Source of the DNA: a virus
Lineage: Duplodnaviria; Caudoviricetes
DNA length: 64,000 nucleotides
IMG/VR virus record: IMGVR_UViG_3300005805_000071
Coordinates: 14,519-78,518 of that record
Strand: one strand, 5' to 3'
Positions 34,101 through 41,300 of the stretch are shown in pieces (within the stretch, counting starts at the first letter, position 1; each line of letters opens with the position of its first letter). The notes under the pieces are model-generated. The model searched no databases. It had not been told where the DNA came from and saw only the letters and a program-made list of their open reading frames with translations. A program made the translations under genes and the position numbers.

Positions 34101-34889
34101 GAGATAATTACCATCGGCAATAACTACGCACAATGAAGTTGCTGATGGATAAAATGGAACATTATTAACTTTTAAATTGAAAATATATTTTAGTGGAGTA
34201 TTTTCATCTGACGGCACTAAAGTATCCATAACCTGGATATTGGATTGCGAAAATCCTTTCAGGTATTCTATACTGATACTTGTAGCAGTATCAGATAAAT
34301 TGATAATATCAAAAGTTCTAGGAGCTTGAGTGAAAACAATCTCATCATTTTCGACAGTATAATCTACTTCTGGAATTAAAAACTCATCGTAAATTTTAAC
34401 TATTAGATGCTTACTAGATGCTGGAAATATTGGTATATTATCTGATGTTAGTTCAAACCTTTTTCTAGTGCCGTCAAAAAGGTTAAAAGGATTTGCTAAT
34501 TCAATTTTCTTAGTATTAAATTCTCCTATAGAAATTCCCGAAGTTAAAATTATACTAGGAGATTTTTTTAGATATTCATAATAAATGATCTCATCATCTA
34601 TCAATATAGTTCCGTCTTGCTCAACAAAACCATAAGTATTTTCAACTTCAATATTTTTAGTTTGATGATCAATATCAAAAATTAGTGTTGTGTGTCCATC
34701 TAACTTTGTCAGATCATACTTTCCAATATTCAAATAATCTGATAGATTATTTACAATATCAATTGGTCCACCAGTCCTTTCTTGAGATTTGTAGTATTGT
34801 GATACAAAATCTTCAAATAAAGGACTATTTTCTTTTATGAATGCAGGAAGTTGATTTAATACTGAAAGCGAAACGGATGCGTGTTGCAT
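19146..34889 (-). CDS. gp7: Giant baseplate wedge initiator, gp7-like, multidomain
   Basis: 5247 aa directly after gp6. Contains the QLPAFIKENSPLFEDFVSQYY start, IKDFYASKGT..SVKYLFKLLYG, QDSYLYQNFSYNIKS...VHPAGFKVFG, many GxGY repeats, YHYH-like and LamG-like segments and four globin-like repeats. Confidence 0.8.
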   Translation of the reverse strand: MQHASVSLSVLNQLPAFIKENSPLFEDFVSQYYKSQERTGGPIDIVNNLSDYLNIGKYDLTKLDGHTTLIFDIDHQTKNIEVENTYGFVEQDGTILIDDEIIYYEYLKKSPSIILTSGISIGEFNTKKIELANPFNLFDGTRKRFELTSDNIPIFPASSKHLIVKIYDEFLIPEVDYTVENDEIVFTQAPRTFDIINLSDTATSISIEYLKGFSQSNIQVMDTLVPSDENTPLKYIFNLKVNNVPFYPSATSLCVVIADGNYLMPSIDYSIYQNNIIFKVAPRESIYVGYINANLVSVGSGAESFSVVDNQGRIEKIVPRVGGSGYKIENTPQVTIVGGSGINATATALVGGITKLTLLDGGYGYSQTNPPSVVINSPTNPEGKQATAEVTVNTDGSIQSINLTSSGSGYDFVPRVQIVNPYGAEVGNPVVDGDSLVSIEVISGGFGYTVAPHIYIDLPEDSNGIQAVAEGVLNDDGVLVAVNILAPGRGYSYLNPPRVKVVQPTGAQILDVEVDDFGRVINIELLDSGFGYNDVPSIYIVDERKDNLGNFIGGTGAKAVAAIFNGEIIDINITDFGSGYSRQFPPKVYISPTVGAKVSAEIGEDQITGFELINHGERYIKSEFVNCSRGVSGLLRYDINDVVFKKESESIPTVHKANASVISIDSVFLKKIVDRICEQYLPGLPSLDTNTLNISNVLSTIKDFYASKGTVNSVKYLFKLLYGESVSVTYPKDQIIKPSASTWSVDTVLRAKLISGDPNNIKDSLMEQLDDPIDTNVSYASALVENYTAIQTAFYDVYELILSEESVVGKFVIPYSTKLIERVDPEDLIVNVDSTIGWPDRNGEVIIGSEIIRYKEKTLTQFIECTRGLYGTEPTKWDAGTEVVSNVYVYLNKGTSNEVILSILGIIDANKTILIDDGNYYLEGDKLSISKLGTDDTSELVTSWLYNVKKLLKVEDMTFGGLNNRTVSVTTDTPHGLLVGDKFTVYGANPIVYNGSFLVTARESDTVFKYEIPQPAVADPQGNILISIDLNTGKSDNDTINNTISKYPSNIQNTFLNDTDVYVAASGIPNYKIGPFPGTALLPGNQRKLYKFPRIPNTISLKTVIKPGPIGSFVNGISIWSYKSTKTLPYGPVTSVNITNSGKDYDASVPPILTISGGGGQNASAEVVVDGSVIGFEVLNGGSGYTDAPLVSIYGSDGIGAAGTAVVTNGRLTNILLNTPGSGYTSEPIVTITGGGGVGAEARAVVRGPIKEVVVTNPGTSYTSPPKVSISSGQGAAAQAYVSNGRIISIAIIAAGTGYTTAPKVIITGNGYGAVARAIISTEGVDSGRVISIEIVNRGIGYVQGTTQIRLESVGELAEFESEIFEWTFNLNQTTTFDYANGSIFEGFNNQFGGEYAHISNPKQLRYVLGDNIDIVNGELIERESVLHSPILGWAFDGNPIYGPYGLSDPTNLSSSIVPIQSSYVLKTNLVFDQNTNPVPSRIEGPDLSEYPAGTFIEDYEYTFNSLSVYLDEYNGRFTKTPEYPNGTYAYFVTIDAAGQSKFPYVLGPEFNSSPELWNLNQFATQSNIPTGVVRYRTPFENVDIDVERQPNESTNALTLENGDFLTFDIEDENKDGIIDQSEIDDPDVIFEEDRLEVFDYFPKINISSKVDIEVNTTTKFEDAKISGFLIENEGDDYQVGDRLVFDNEGTAGYGASARISSIKGKQITSYTYEYDNQEDVFKGRVATSEPHNLIVGDIVTLNTVPEMEPTSKTILVKSIRGIERVEVTQVGTGYLSDEIPTVNIESPTGEYGKITPVVSSNGVIENFDIINSGDGYLTDPIVRVSHPQTKKKADYYYTSHNTTNGEVTILNGIVSDDKTAIVVGKVKLPDGNYHGFLQKLSSDGTVVWTKSLSSTQPGTPNNYCELVSVKKKDNKIYVVGITKPNGNLNSVFNPDIIIARYTENTTGSTVSLSWQREFAGISGITRADYATDVVCLNENIIVTGYTNTNTTSINDGILLYMNSSGDLITKRKLTSLSLEEKIHSINVDSNGNIFIVGNSNVNNILVSKLYLSSNRLLVEWTKEFSITNYSFNNISSVIDENDELYITSAVKNTITNVKNIVQFFRLANDGSIVKNRFNTIAPAVDISCGKCSIDIFGDVNVSYTINNNLDGTKQVGVFKFRYDGKVLKSTKISSLVKGFETSACISDVSGDPIILGTVYDNRTQFLFNAENAYEDITERSLDLTSSGTVNISVDTKYGTGSYEVTQNAKLTAGSLTNTSNDWTIEEWIKWDNTATAKTPVLIRATDGVNGVRVVVFADTSSPSTYGKIRLSNDGATVSQISSTSTHITDLTTDWVHLKVTKEYNSGVSTYKLYWNDTLSATISENVNVSPSTIEFGSTTAYQSWPMKIDDIRYSSYPTIGVPTEGYLKADYGNPSGLSFKTDKNADADRLGTINLTTNDIAITRSLYTPNAAEQDVIISSSTYTLAPEGLQILDFNNAISGLAQDYAIPTVRLDKWSVRTATIPTVGGSKVKVRAKTFDKFFFKHFQTEKTDNVLRLTLNQGFDFNVGTTLYQRNNLGAIIATARIIDKDLENNDLIVGDATGSFSETTGYLQSSDNFVNEIQGYVFAEVNNTTPGTFDIEIPNEIFGIFKDYSDNDYLIRIDEVLQGSSYVVGSIVTISSNDISFTSDRKEATITNLTAVTKISIITNLTKVLQIDTKNNTDLIFVRTATSHYLKTRDIVYCQVSPVNYEPLNGTFDVHSVISKKEFILELRDIPVSNITSAQTVSVYVKTPVFRFIYGQQYTFDTADPSMQGHYLSFYRDNLYKIEYTFKNIVRRGTPGFDQPGASPYISFKITDDVSNITYYADPSNLTADGPVTNDSYLDIQLSPYIGKFVVTDLDGGSITQGPNVFKFNLAYEPEKNATTASSSYSTESLKDSGPISSIKLISGGGFYKKLPVVSGIESSRKIERVNIIEPGSEYAAGQYFGIPILGDGNGGKVSILVDGTTDPAGQIVEVTITDPGKGYTQAYIDVDAIDGILGPLLSGSGAVLEVEIPPFGSGASIFTKGTQVGKIKNLKNNNYGFNYTHDYTLRPEITFPLNLQLTSTSVISGIKITNPGTGYTTAPEVVIEGGGGSGATAIAEIRNGRLSSIIVKETGSGYSTAPTISLKSAFTYVVNIDLGLFQFSFPHGIVSGSEITFTNQDVGEGTQFPLTSFGYINPNQTYYAITGLENGLEDEQLRVALTPQDAISGNYISFVNAGTGRQIILTDSFGGAAESIVEVGRFLSGELIYQGETYENATATAYVSTNDGWQIGPRLLKIVNIDGVFTVGQPVTGLISKASGIIDSISNAKGVLEVDSTTTTAGKFTSDVGKLGEIVQKIQDSYLYQNFSYNIKSPVPIELWRETLIENVHPAGFKVFGEIDLVENKKGITNKTEFELTKSVNLIESSVVSTIQDYAIVEPVYSDFDNTQVLFRNKKLTTSEEILTSVVQRLDDISNLFDGERTAFPLTILGEPVIADSSQFLITINGVIQPPGSSFVVQQGNIIFTEPPAAPTKISYAKLTLQFVPTQILNISNLSGILPEFGGSIRGITTNTTANIVQSTSGSLRVYNITGDGFENGEVIISTATGMNAILVSQETFNVDNIYQFEEVITNTTKDTAVVEEINLNTTNNIVTNEITISKTSGTYLNPSGVLDLDIGDYILSARTGVFARITTLSPYLDPSTEQPISSISISDPSTFTGLIFSREIIPDRPNTILDDIGNSVVEVVNIEDDEQKYEINFVPFEDITNIVLDFNYNTGTNVIANDLLQSLYVNYINESDDFTSGEIIVSKRLTYHTLSGGNFFQGDIITGSDSGETAEIIGINYALKTLFLGNQSGDFNLGETITSGSVSAVTSQYLTVPFTVNQIQTNNKKIITGQIDLDNRHRFRDAANLIRLNAAHIVEEAAGRMKSRYPDLIIPGDEGGNIEGTNRCKLDLSLLLDAVAEDIEVGGNYNTTTAARFYLDSNGGLRFIKLQILQSLYAHTQMSELCQDAVIGNLSDTPLYSDILPVPPYDVIVDPGACADVRSAIDSLWTLINTILSPVDQAYIDAANQLWFNRNFIAQEATGYIENYFTYQLNGVNYTALTYPNGNSSKCERDITDYIIPSIIADMLTGGNDNIISAMEFYIGNAEIEYVKDELLQTVIAFEKVNELSQYAVDNWIISGTTSSEYATTYGATAPKYKDLTIPADDGTYGGNCERIKATIDTLFNIGIGILIPERNSFFGRYYDASNLIESNKQLIAEVAVGRMLNAYPAFTIPNGNQNCIDDIVDILDAIIYDLRNGGNARTFDYSQVYTINSYLSGEQIQSNYAFNQARDMAIEAMRNQSITIGGYSSLTQVIDNTIEVDPSNPTCANVASSITTLFSILTTAVTNGNMNHVTRQSESNANKLYRDAAKLLLFNKEYIKYESLQRTLNQYPSFSIPGGNAKCLRDMGYIIDAIVYDLLTNGNTGILNATLSYIDATTGTIVSLEGELVQSIYAYNRVLDYMKLAVAETLTSPATASGQYAYTDPNISITGSNLTEIQNFITDNMSILLGTLNNSSYIEINQIIGVNSLSVPQKSYPSREPFTPIKGSLSVGDYIYGSTSGEFAEVESIINNRGYVKNILRRLEIQYNDPDEVFSHNTSVTRQGFPGTTGTIVSTENGEFVSYIDVSMTSGQFSVGHTLIDDNGYLATITSITNRVQLVNVIGSFGSDEYISGLYSGADLTSNNFDYNVCPILSNTGSKLTLETEALQGEFLPSRLVYSNNTSHYIDIVDPQGTLVGINDIIRTTRTVRLTVDINAQVGSKFPIGSTLFKVNGLIPTTSSAKILNVELINNDSQAYIYVANFTEDDFVTGNVVSYFDDGEVFPSGSGTISNVLITATESYATITKISQIGLGYRLYLGNVVGNLSPYSQVIASYNYRAAVTNVVEVAGRVSRSFVGFNGIQDTFALTENNGDPYFPPEDGHLLLFLNGVLQPPGSSYTIFGDTVQFSEPPTIGSLFSAVYLGKLRQLDDIGFQFDSLRSTFNLKLNDSFYSLTLTDGVQSSTIRPENNIIISLNGVIQEPGVAFELVGSRVIFAEVPRAGSTFVAFSYIGSDTDVISVDVIPPVEIGDKLRIEGELEDRTVAVIESSNSLITFDYLGSVLGNGAEALTEIINGRIKNIQLTSGGEGYTSEPIISFNSLTGFDAQARAQVGVSRVVVNNRGSGYAYPTVDIVYDVPPPPEGFEFKFDDNEASWDTNAVTFDQV

Positions 34890-34911
34890 TTTTGAATATC
34901 TCTCTTTGTAC

Positions 34912-34918
34912 TATTTAA
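34912..34918 (-). promoter_or_regulatory. Possible late promoter variant TTAAATA
   Basis: Intergenic, 22 nt upstream of the gp7-like start; one mismatch from consensus. Confidence 0.5.
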
Positions 34919-34925
34919 CAGAGTT

Positions 34926-36884
34926 TTAACTGAAGCAAGATGCGAAATCTGCGGTTACAGCAACAGGGGAAGTAAATGTCAAGGTTTGTGGATTTGCTGC
35001 TAAGGAATTTGGATTTCCTGTTGATGCTCCTGGACCAGTAGAAGGAATATCAGTTCCTACATTAATTTCTGGAGTTGGAATACTTATAATTGCTCCAGCG
35101 GGAGGAGTAATATTATTTGGATTTAGTGGATTAACTGAAATCACAATATTCGTTGGACATGTTGCATCTGGAGGACACTGTGTTGTTATTGGTCCAACTA
35201 CTACCTGTCCATTATCGCAATTATATGTTCCAGCATTAGTATTTGTAATGACTGGTTGATTATTGTCAATATAGTATGACACTAAATTACCATTACCATC
35301 ATCCTGTAAATACTGTGGTTGTACTATACCTGGAGTATAAAATGCAGATGATTGAACAGTGTTTCCAGCAGCAGAATCACAACTACAATTTAATTGCATT
35401 CCAAAATTTAATGTCCATGTTGAAGGATCAGTCAAATCCTCATAAGGTATTATTTGATATGGTGTAATTCCAAATTGAACATCATTAATATTTGGATCTG
35501 AATTTAAAATAATTTTTTCTAACTGAGAAATGGATAGCGATCTTCCAAAATTTCCTAAATCTTGCTGATCTCCATAGTCTTGCAATGCTGCCAACACTCT
35601 TCTTCTTATATCATCTGCAGTATTTTGACTTAATGAATCATCTGATAAAACACTTCTAAATGTATTTGCAGCAATAAAGATTCTAAGATTAACATAAAAA
35701 TCATCTGGATCAACAATAACCGTTTCGACAGATGCCATAGCATATGGTCTAAGCTTAGAAATAATCTCATTACGAGTTAGGTTATTTAATTTTGTACCAG
35801 TTGTAGTTTTAATTGCTACAATAACCTTTCCGTATACTGGGGGATTTAATATTTCTCCTCCAAATGCATTTACATATTTCGCATTGGGATATATATTTCT
35901 AATAATTGCCTCATAATCCCTAGCTGTTACTGCTCTGTTTTGTGCCGCATAGTATTTTGGTGCATTAAACTTGATAGATTTAATTGATTCTGCGGGTGAC
36001 CCAAGTTGAGATTTATCATTTAGGACCATTCTAACGGATAATGGTGCAATTCCATTTGAATCTACCATCGTTCCAATAAAAGACATGGAGTTTACATTAT
36101 TTCCTGCATCTCCACTTGATCTTACATATTCAAAATATATTACTTCATTGTCTTCTAATTTTTTTCCTATCACTCCATCACCAAAAGTTAATTCATATCT
36201 TCTATCTTCAGTTTCATTTAAGAAATAAATTTTATCTGTAGATTCCACAGATGTCACATTCATTACTCTATTAAATCTGTCATATTGAGTGGATTGAATA
36301 TTAGGTTTCACATAAACAGTTAACGTATCTGTATCTACATTATCATTTGGAATAATGTAATTTTGTTGAATATTTGTATCTACAACATATTGATATGATA
36401 ATAAATTTCCCTCATAAATTTTAAAATTGTCAAATATAGCTTCTCCAGTTGCTCTATTTACTGATACAGTCTTATCACTCAATACTACAAATGTATAGGT
36501 AATTCCATTTACAACACCAGAAGCAACATCACCTTTCAGTAAAGTGACTGTTGTAGGAAAGGAACCATCAACGCCTAAAACTGTTTGAACAACACAAGTA
36601 ACACATGCTTTTGCTGTAGATACTGATCTTGGGGTATAATTAATAAATCTTGCTAAAGATACTACATTATCCCTTATCGATGCTGTATCCAAAAATAGTT
36701 CGTTTAGTGCCATGTTAGCATTGAACGCACTGTAATAAGTGTTGTATGCTAACAAATCAATAAGATATGAAAGAGTAGAACCAGTAAAATCATAGTCAGT
36801 AAACTCTGGACGAGTTCTTAAATATGACTTGATAGATTCTCTAATGTCATCAAAATCTATATTAACTAAATTAGTAGGTTTCAT
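34926..36884 (-). CDS. gp6: Baseplate wedge subunit gp6
   Basis: 652 aa. DFDDIRESIKSYLR..PEFTDYDFTGSTLSYLIDLLAYNTYY and APKYYAAQNRAVTARDYEAII are gp6-family motifs. Confidence 0.93.
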   Translation of the reverse strand: MKPTNLVNIDFDDIRESIKSYLRTRPEFTDYDFTGSTLSYLIDLLAYNTYYSAFNANMALNELFLDTASIRDNVVSLARFINYTPRSVSTAKACVTCVVQTVLGVDGSFPTTVTLLKGDVASGVVNGITYTFVVLSDKTVSVNRATGEAIFDNFKIYEGNLLSYQYVVDTNIQQNYIIPNDNVDTDTLTVYVKPNIQSTQYDRFNRVMNVTSVESTDKIYFLNETEDRRYELTFGDGVIGKKLEDNEVIYFEYVRSSGDAGNNVNSMSFIGTMVDSNGIAPLSVRMVLNDKSQLGSPAESIKSIKFNAPKYYAAQNRAVTARDYEAIIRNIYPNAKYVNAFGGEILNPPVYGKVIVAIKTTTGTKLNNLTRNEIISKLRPYAMASVETVIVDPDDFYVNLRIFIAANTFRSVLSDDSLSQNTADDIRRRVLAALQDYGDQQDLGNFGRSLSISQLEKIILNSDPNINDVQFGITPYQIIPYEDLTDPSTWTLNFGMQLNCSCDSAAGNTVQSSAFYTPGIVQPQYLQDDGNGNLVSYYIDNNQPVITNTNAGTYNCDNGQVVVGPITTQCPPDATCPTNIVISVNPLNPNNITPPAGAIISIPTPEINVGTDIPSTGPGASTGNPNSLAANPQTLTFTSPVAVTADFASCFS

Positions 36885-37300
36885 TAATCGTTCGGCCTTT
36901 CTAGAATAAACTGGTTTTGTATAATCTTTGGTTCACCAATAATTCTATAGGTCACGGTTACTACAGCAGCATCTTCGTTATCCATAATTGCTACTTTAAC
37001 TTCTTGGACATCTACTCTTTTTTCGTAGTTTTGAATTGTAGTAAGTATTTTACTCTGTAATTCCATACTACTAAAGACATCCAGGGGTTCAAATAACATT
37101 GAATATACATCTGAACCCACTGTTGGTTGCATGAGTCTCTCCCCAAATCTGGTTTGTACTAGATTTCGTATTGACTGTGTTATTGCAGCCTCATTTTTCA
37201 CAGCGTAAATGTCTTTGGTGATCGGATTACTCCTAAAATCAACATTTATATCTGTATAAGATCTAATGTATCTAGTTTCTTCCGAAGACCTGTTTGGCAT
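36884..37300 (-). CDS. gp25: Baseplate wedge subunit gp25
   Basis: 138 aa. YTDINVDF..NPITKDI..VKNEAAITQSIRNLVQTRFGERLMQPTVGS...YEKRV (GPW_gp25 family). Confidence 0.92.
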   Translation of the reverse strand: MPNRSSEETRYIRSYTDINVDFRSNPITKDIYAVKNEAAITQSIRNLVQTRFGERLMQPTVGSDVYSMLFEPLDVFSSMELQSKILTTIQNYEKRVDVQEVKVAIMDNEDAAVVTVTYRIIGEPKIIQNQFILERPND

Positions 37301-37326
37301 TACACGAAGATTAATTTATCTATGGT

Positions 37327-37334
37327 TATTTATA
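37327..37334 (-). promoter_or_regulatory. T4-type late promoter TATAAATA
   Basis: Exact match 26 nt upstream of gp25. Confidence 0.85.
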
Positions 37335-37337
37335 CTA

Positions 37338-37538
37338 CTAGTGCCATCTTTCTACATAGTCATCAAACCCACCTTTACCTCCACAGGGACGAGAAAAACG
37401 GTCAGATGGGGGTTCGTTCGTCTTCTTTTTTGCTTTTTCTAGGTAATAATCCGCTTTTCTATCAGTAATTAAACAAATAGTACCAAAATCATGCTCCATC
37501 ATGTCAATATTTCTGTCTGGATTGGGGTGAATTGCCAT
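37338..37538 (-). CDS. Hypothetical protein
   Basis: 66 aa, preceded by GGAGA; I recall similar small genes before gp25 in cyanomyoviruses. Confidence 0.7.
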   Translation of the reverse strand: MAIHPNPDRNIDMMEHDFGTICLITDRKADYYLEKAKKKTNEPPSDRFSRPCGGKGGFDDYVERWH

Positions 37539-37599
37539 CTGTTTTCTCCAAAATAGGGTAAACAGAACTTTTTACGGGGTTGCTATCCCGAAAAATGAC

Positions 37600-37636
37600 A
37601 AAAAAGGGATTGAAATACTCCAATCCCCTTAAAAAA
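37600..37636 (-). terminator. Intrinsic terminator
   Basis: GGGATTG-N8-CAATCCC hairpin followed by a T run on the minus strand, just after the 48-aa gene. Confidence 0.75.
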
Positions 37637-37638
37637 TA

Positions 37639-37785
37639 CTATTTTCCTTGTCCACGATAACGTTTTGTGCGACCATTACGAGAACTGGAACCAAGATGCG
37701 TATTCTGAGAACGACCTTGGCGAGTTTTTTTCGGTTTACCAGGGGTATAACCAGATTTATTCAGTCCTACTTTTGCTTTTGCCAT
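37639..37785 (-). CDS. Small very basic protein (48 aa); not in ORF track
   Basis: MAKAKVGLNKSGYTPGKPKKTRQGRSQNTHLGSSSRNGRTKRYRGQGK*, translated by hand. Confidence 0.85.
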   Translation of the reverse strand: MAKAKVGLNKSGYTPGKPKKTRQGRSQNTHLGSSSRNGRTKRYRGQGK

Positions 37786-37827
37786 AATTTCTTCGTCAGA
37801 GACTCCTGTATTGTACCATAAATGGTG

Positions 37828-38358
37828 TTATTTGCCAACTGTGACGTTGGGTGACCCCTGTGAGATCTTCGCTGTACAGGGCGGTCCTAGTGGATCTCCT
37901 ACACATGCTACACGTCTTTTCTCAAAGTAAACTGTAGTTGCTGTCGATTTAACTACTCTTGTGTGTCCCTTTCCAAAATTGTCTTCTTTTGTCAATAAAC
38001 TACAGAGGCAATCGACTATAATTGGTTTAGTACAAGCAGGTGGATCTCCAGTAAACCATAAATTAGTAACTTTATTAGTACACGTTGAAATATGATTAGT
38101 TAAAATATCTCCATCAGCAAGAGGTATTGCACCATTAACTTTAATAGTTTTAATTGCTGTTGCAGGATTTAAATGTGTAGTTGGAGTTGGGGGCCAATAG
38201 CAAGTTGAAATCATCTTTGCTAAAGGTAAAATCTTACATGCTGTATTTGCAGGCGGACAAGGAGGCATTTGACATTTTGTTATGTCATGCATGTTTGCAG
38301 CAACACAAACACCTTCACCGCTACAAGTTCCTGTATTTAATGCTACTAATCCTGGCAT
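37828..38358 (-). CDS. PAAR-like spike tip protein (gp5.4-like), Cys-rich
   Basis: 176 aa. IKVNGAIPLADGDILTNH, GHTRVVKSTATTVYFEKRRVACVGDPLGPPC and ISQGSPNVTVG resemble PAAR repeats. Confidence 0.75.
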   Translation of the reverse strand: MPGLVALNTGTCSGEGVCVAANMHDITKCQMPPCPPANTACKILPLAKMISTCYWPPTPTTHLNPATAIKTIKVNGAIPLADGDILTNHISTCTNKVTNLWFTGDPPACTKPIIVDCLCSLLTKEDNFGKGHTRVVKSTATTVYFEKRRVACVGDPLGPPCTAKISQGSPNVTVGK

Positions 38359-41300
38359 TATATTTCTTCGTACTGATCGGGATCACTTAATTGATTTGGT
38401 GCATTTGGATTGTGATTATCAACAGCACCTATAAAATTATTTATTGCACTTTCATTAATTACTTTCGAATCTTCATATCTTCTACCACACTTAAAATCAT
38501 AAGGATTTCCATATTTATTGACAGCATCAACAAAAGTATCAGTCTCTAAACTCAAATCATGAAGTATTTCAAGATTTCCTGAAAACTCATAGTCCCTACA
38601 ACCTTCGTAAATATATTGAGGACCATATTGTTCCTTAATATAATCAAGATTAAAACCAAGAAAACCATATGAAGATGAATATGGGAGGGTATAACCAGTA
38701 GTACGAGGGATACCATATGGTTGCCCATCAGATTGCCCAGCATATAATACATTGGCATAATAGACTTGACACCATGCATCAGCAAGTTCAACATTGCTGG
38801 CACCATATTCATCAACTAAATCGTCGTATGCATTCATAACTGCACTGTCTTCATAGATACATGATTTACATGGACCTCTATCATTATCATAATCAAATGG
38901 AACCTTTACCCCAATATTAACTCTCATAAAAGTGTTTTGCCTTGGATCTGGACAATATCCTTTGATTAAGTATATTTTTTTACTTGTAGCACAAGGCAGA
39001 TTATAAAAAGCATAACGAACTCTAGATTCCTTAGCACCATCATATATAATAGTTCTATTTTCATCTAAATCCATTTCCCACATTTTATTAATATCTGCTT
39101 CGTATTGTGCATCAATCTGGTTTAATGCCTTTTCAAAAGTATTATTGGAACCTTTAGTGTAAGTTTTATAAAACTCCTTAAATTGTTTCCCATAATAATT
39201 GCCATCATCCAAGTTTGATACTGATACTTTTATTGTTTTAGCTTGATCTATACTAGAATTGTTAAATGACGTTGGTGGAGCATATTGTATTGAACTAGAT
39301 TGTTGTTTAGTATTTTTTAAACTTCCAGTAATAGCAGAAGGAACCGAAGTCTTAACCTTAGAAAACTCCGCATCACTCAAACCATTGTTTATAAGACTTA
39401 ATTGCTTATTCGCGTTATCTTTTAAAGATTGTACATTTAATTGGGTTTGCTTATCGATACTTGCTTTTAAATTTTTATAATCCTTTGATGCCTTTGAACT
39501 TGATTTAGCCGAGTTTGATGGCGGCAAATAGAATTGGGCATTTTCCTTAGGAAATCCAGATTTGGGTTTAGTATATAATTGAGAATTTTTTTCCTTTAAT
39601 AACTCTTTAATAGGACCCTTCAGATAGGTATTTGATTGTTCTGCGTGTACGGGAGCCTGTAGTTTTGAATACTCATTATAATCGAATCCAGATTTATTTA
39701 CCGTCTTAGTTTTACTTGTTCCTGCAATATATTTGCCAGAAAAAACTCCTTCGCTATTTGTAACAGGAACTTGATTTGATTTAGAATCGTTTGAACTGTC
39801 TATTGCCTGTTGATAAGAATAACTTTTAGTAGAAAGTTTTTTGAATGCTTCCGACTTATCAAATAATTCTTTATTTGCGGATTCTGCGGTTGATATATTT
39901 GAAGATGGTTTTAATACATTTTTATATGATCTTGCAATATAGGGAACAGTTACGAATGGTGGGGTGGTTTCAGAATATCCTGAACCACCGTTAATGATTT
40001 TAATATCTGTTAAAACACCGCCAGTAAACACTGGTTCTGCCTTAGCTAATTTTGCAGACTTGCTTTTTGCTTTTTTAAATGCTGTATCTGGATCAACACC
40101 ATCTTCAATATATTCCAAATATTTTTCTGTATTTACATATGGAGGTGGATATTGAATTGCAATTTTAATATCTTCTATATTAGTATCTTTTAAATTTTTT
40201 CCTGGACTTAAGATATTTACTTTAGATACCTTTCCATTTTTAATAACTGCCTGTAGCTTTGGTTTAACTACGTCCAAACCATCAAAGGGAACTTCTGGAT
40301 TAGGGATTGCTGTACTATACACAATCTCCTTTCTTTGAAATTCATATTTACCAATGATGATTGCTCTATCTGGTATTCCCCATCCTGCTCTTACAAAGAT
40401 ATCAATTCCAGAAGAGGTATTGTAAACAGTATCTTTATCGAAGTCTGCAGTTCCATCAGTGATTTCAGCAATGTGCATGTTGAAATCTTCGTCGGTATGT
40501 TTTAATGATGTGATCGTCCATCCATTAACAGTATCACCTACCTGTAAATATTCCTGACCTTCACTAAATTCACCATCCTGAGTTGTTGACACCATAAGAG
40601 CAATACCAACTTTATTGGTAGCATCTGCAGATGGATAATACAAGTAATAGACATCTTGACCAGTATAGTTTACACCATCTCCAGGTTCATATCCACTTCC
40701 AGATCTAACAACTCTTAATATTTTCCAACGAGTCCAATAGCTACTACTATCATCGTCATAGTAAGACCTTAATTCCATCCTGATAATAGTTCCCCCAGGA
40801 AGGGTATAGTCTCTCACTACAACGGTATTTCTAGATTCCCAAACACCATTTCCAGCTGGAGACATGTATGAGATTCCTCTAGATCCATCCCAAGCAGCAT
40901 AGAACCCTAAACTAGAAAGAGATTGCCCAACATCACCAGGACTCATATCATATGCTTCATTGATATGAAAAGTAATTGGTATACCAGGTCTTATATCACT
41001 ACGTACTATGTTTGGAAATCTTACTTGCCCGATCTGACGATAACGAGTTGTATTTGTCTCCATTCTACCCCATAGTTCATATGTGGTGTTTTCTTGTAAT
41101 GAATTAGTATCATTACCTACAACAGAAACATTTTTAATTTTAAATTTAGAATCATCTCTGCTACCATCACCAACACCTTCAAATGGTCTAAAGGTTGCTC
41201 TAAGTCTAGCAAGGACAGTTCCGCTACTATTTCTTACTTCTAATTCAGTATGATATCTATGACCAGAAGACCTGCTATCTAGGAAATTTTCATGCGGTCC

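Noticed and set aside
19146-34889. Intein, intron or read-through artefact as the cause of the 5247-aa length
   Set aside because: No intein splice motifs, LAGLIDADG/HNH signatures or internal stop seen; very large gp7-like proteins are known in cyanomyoviruses.
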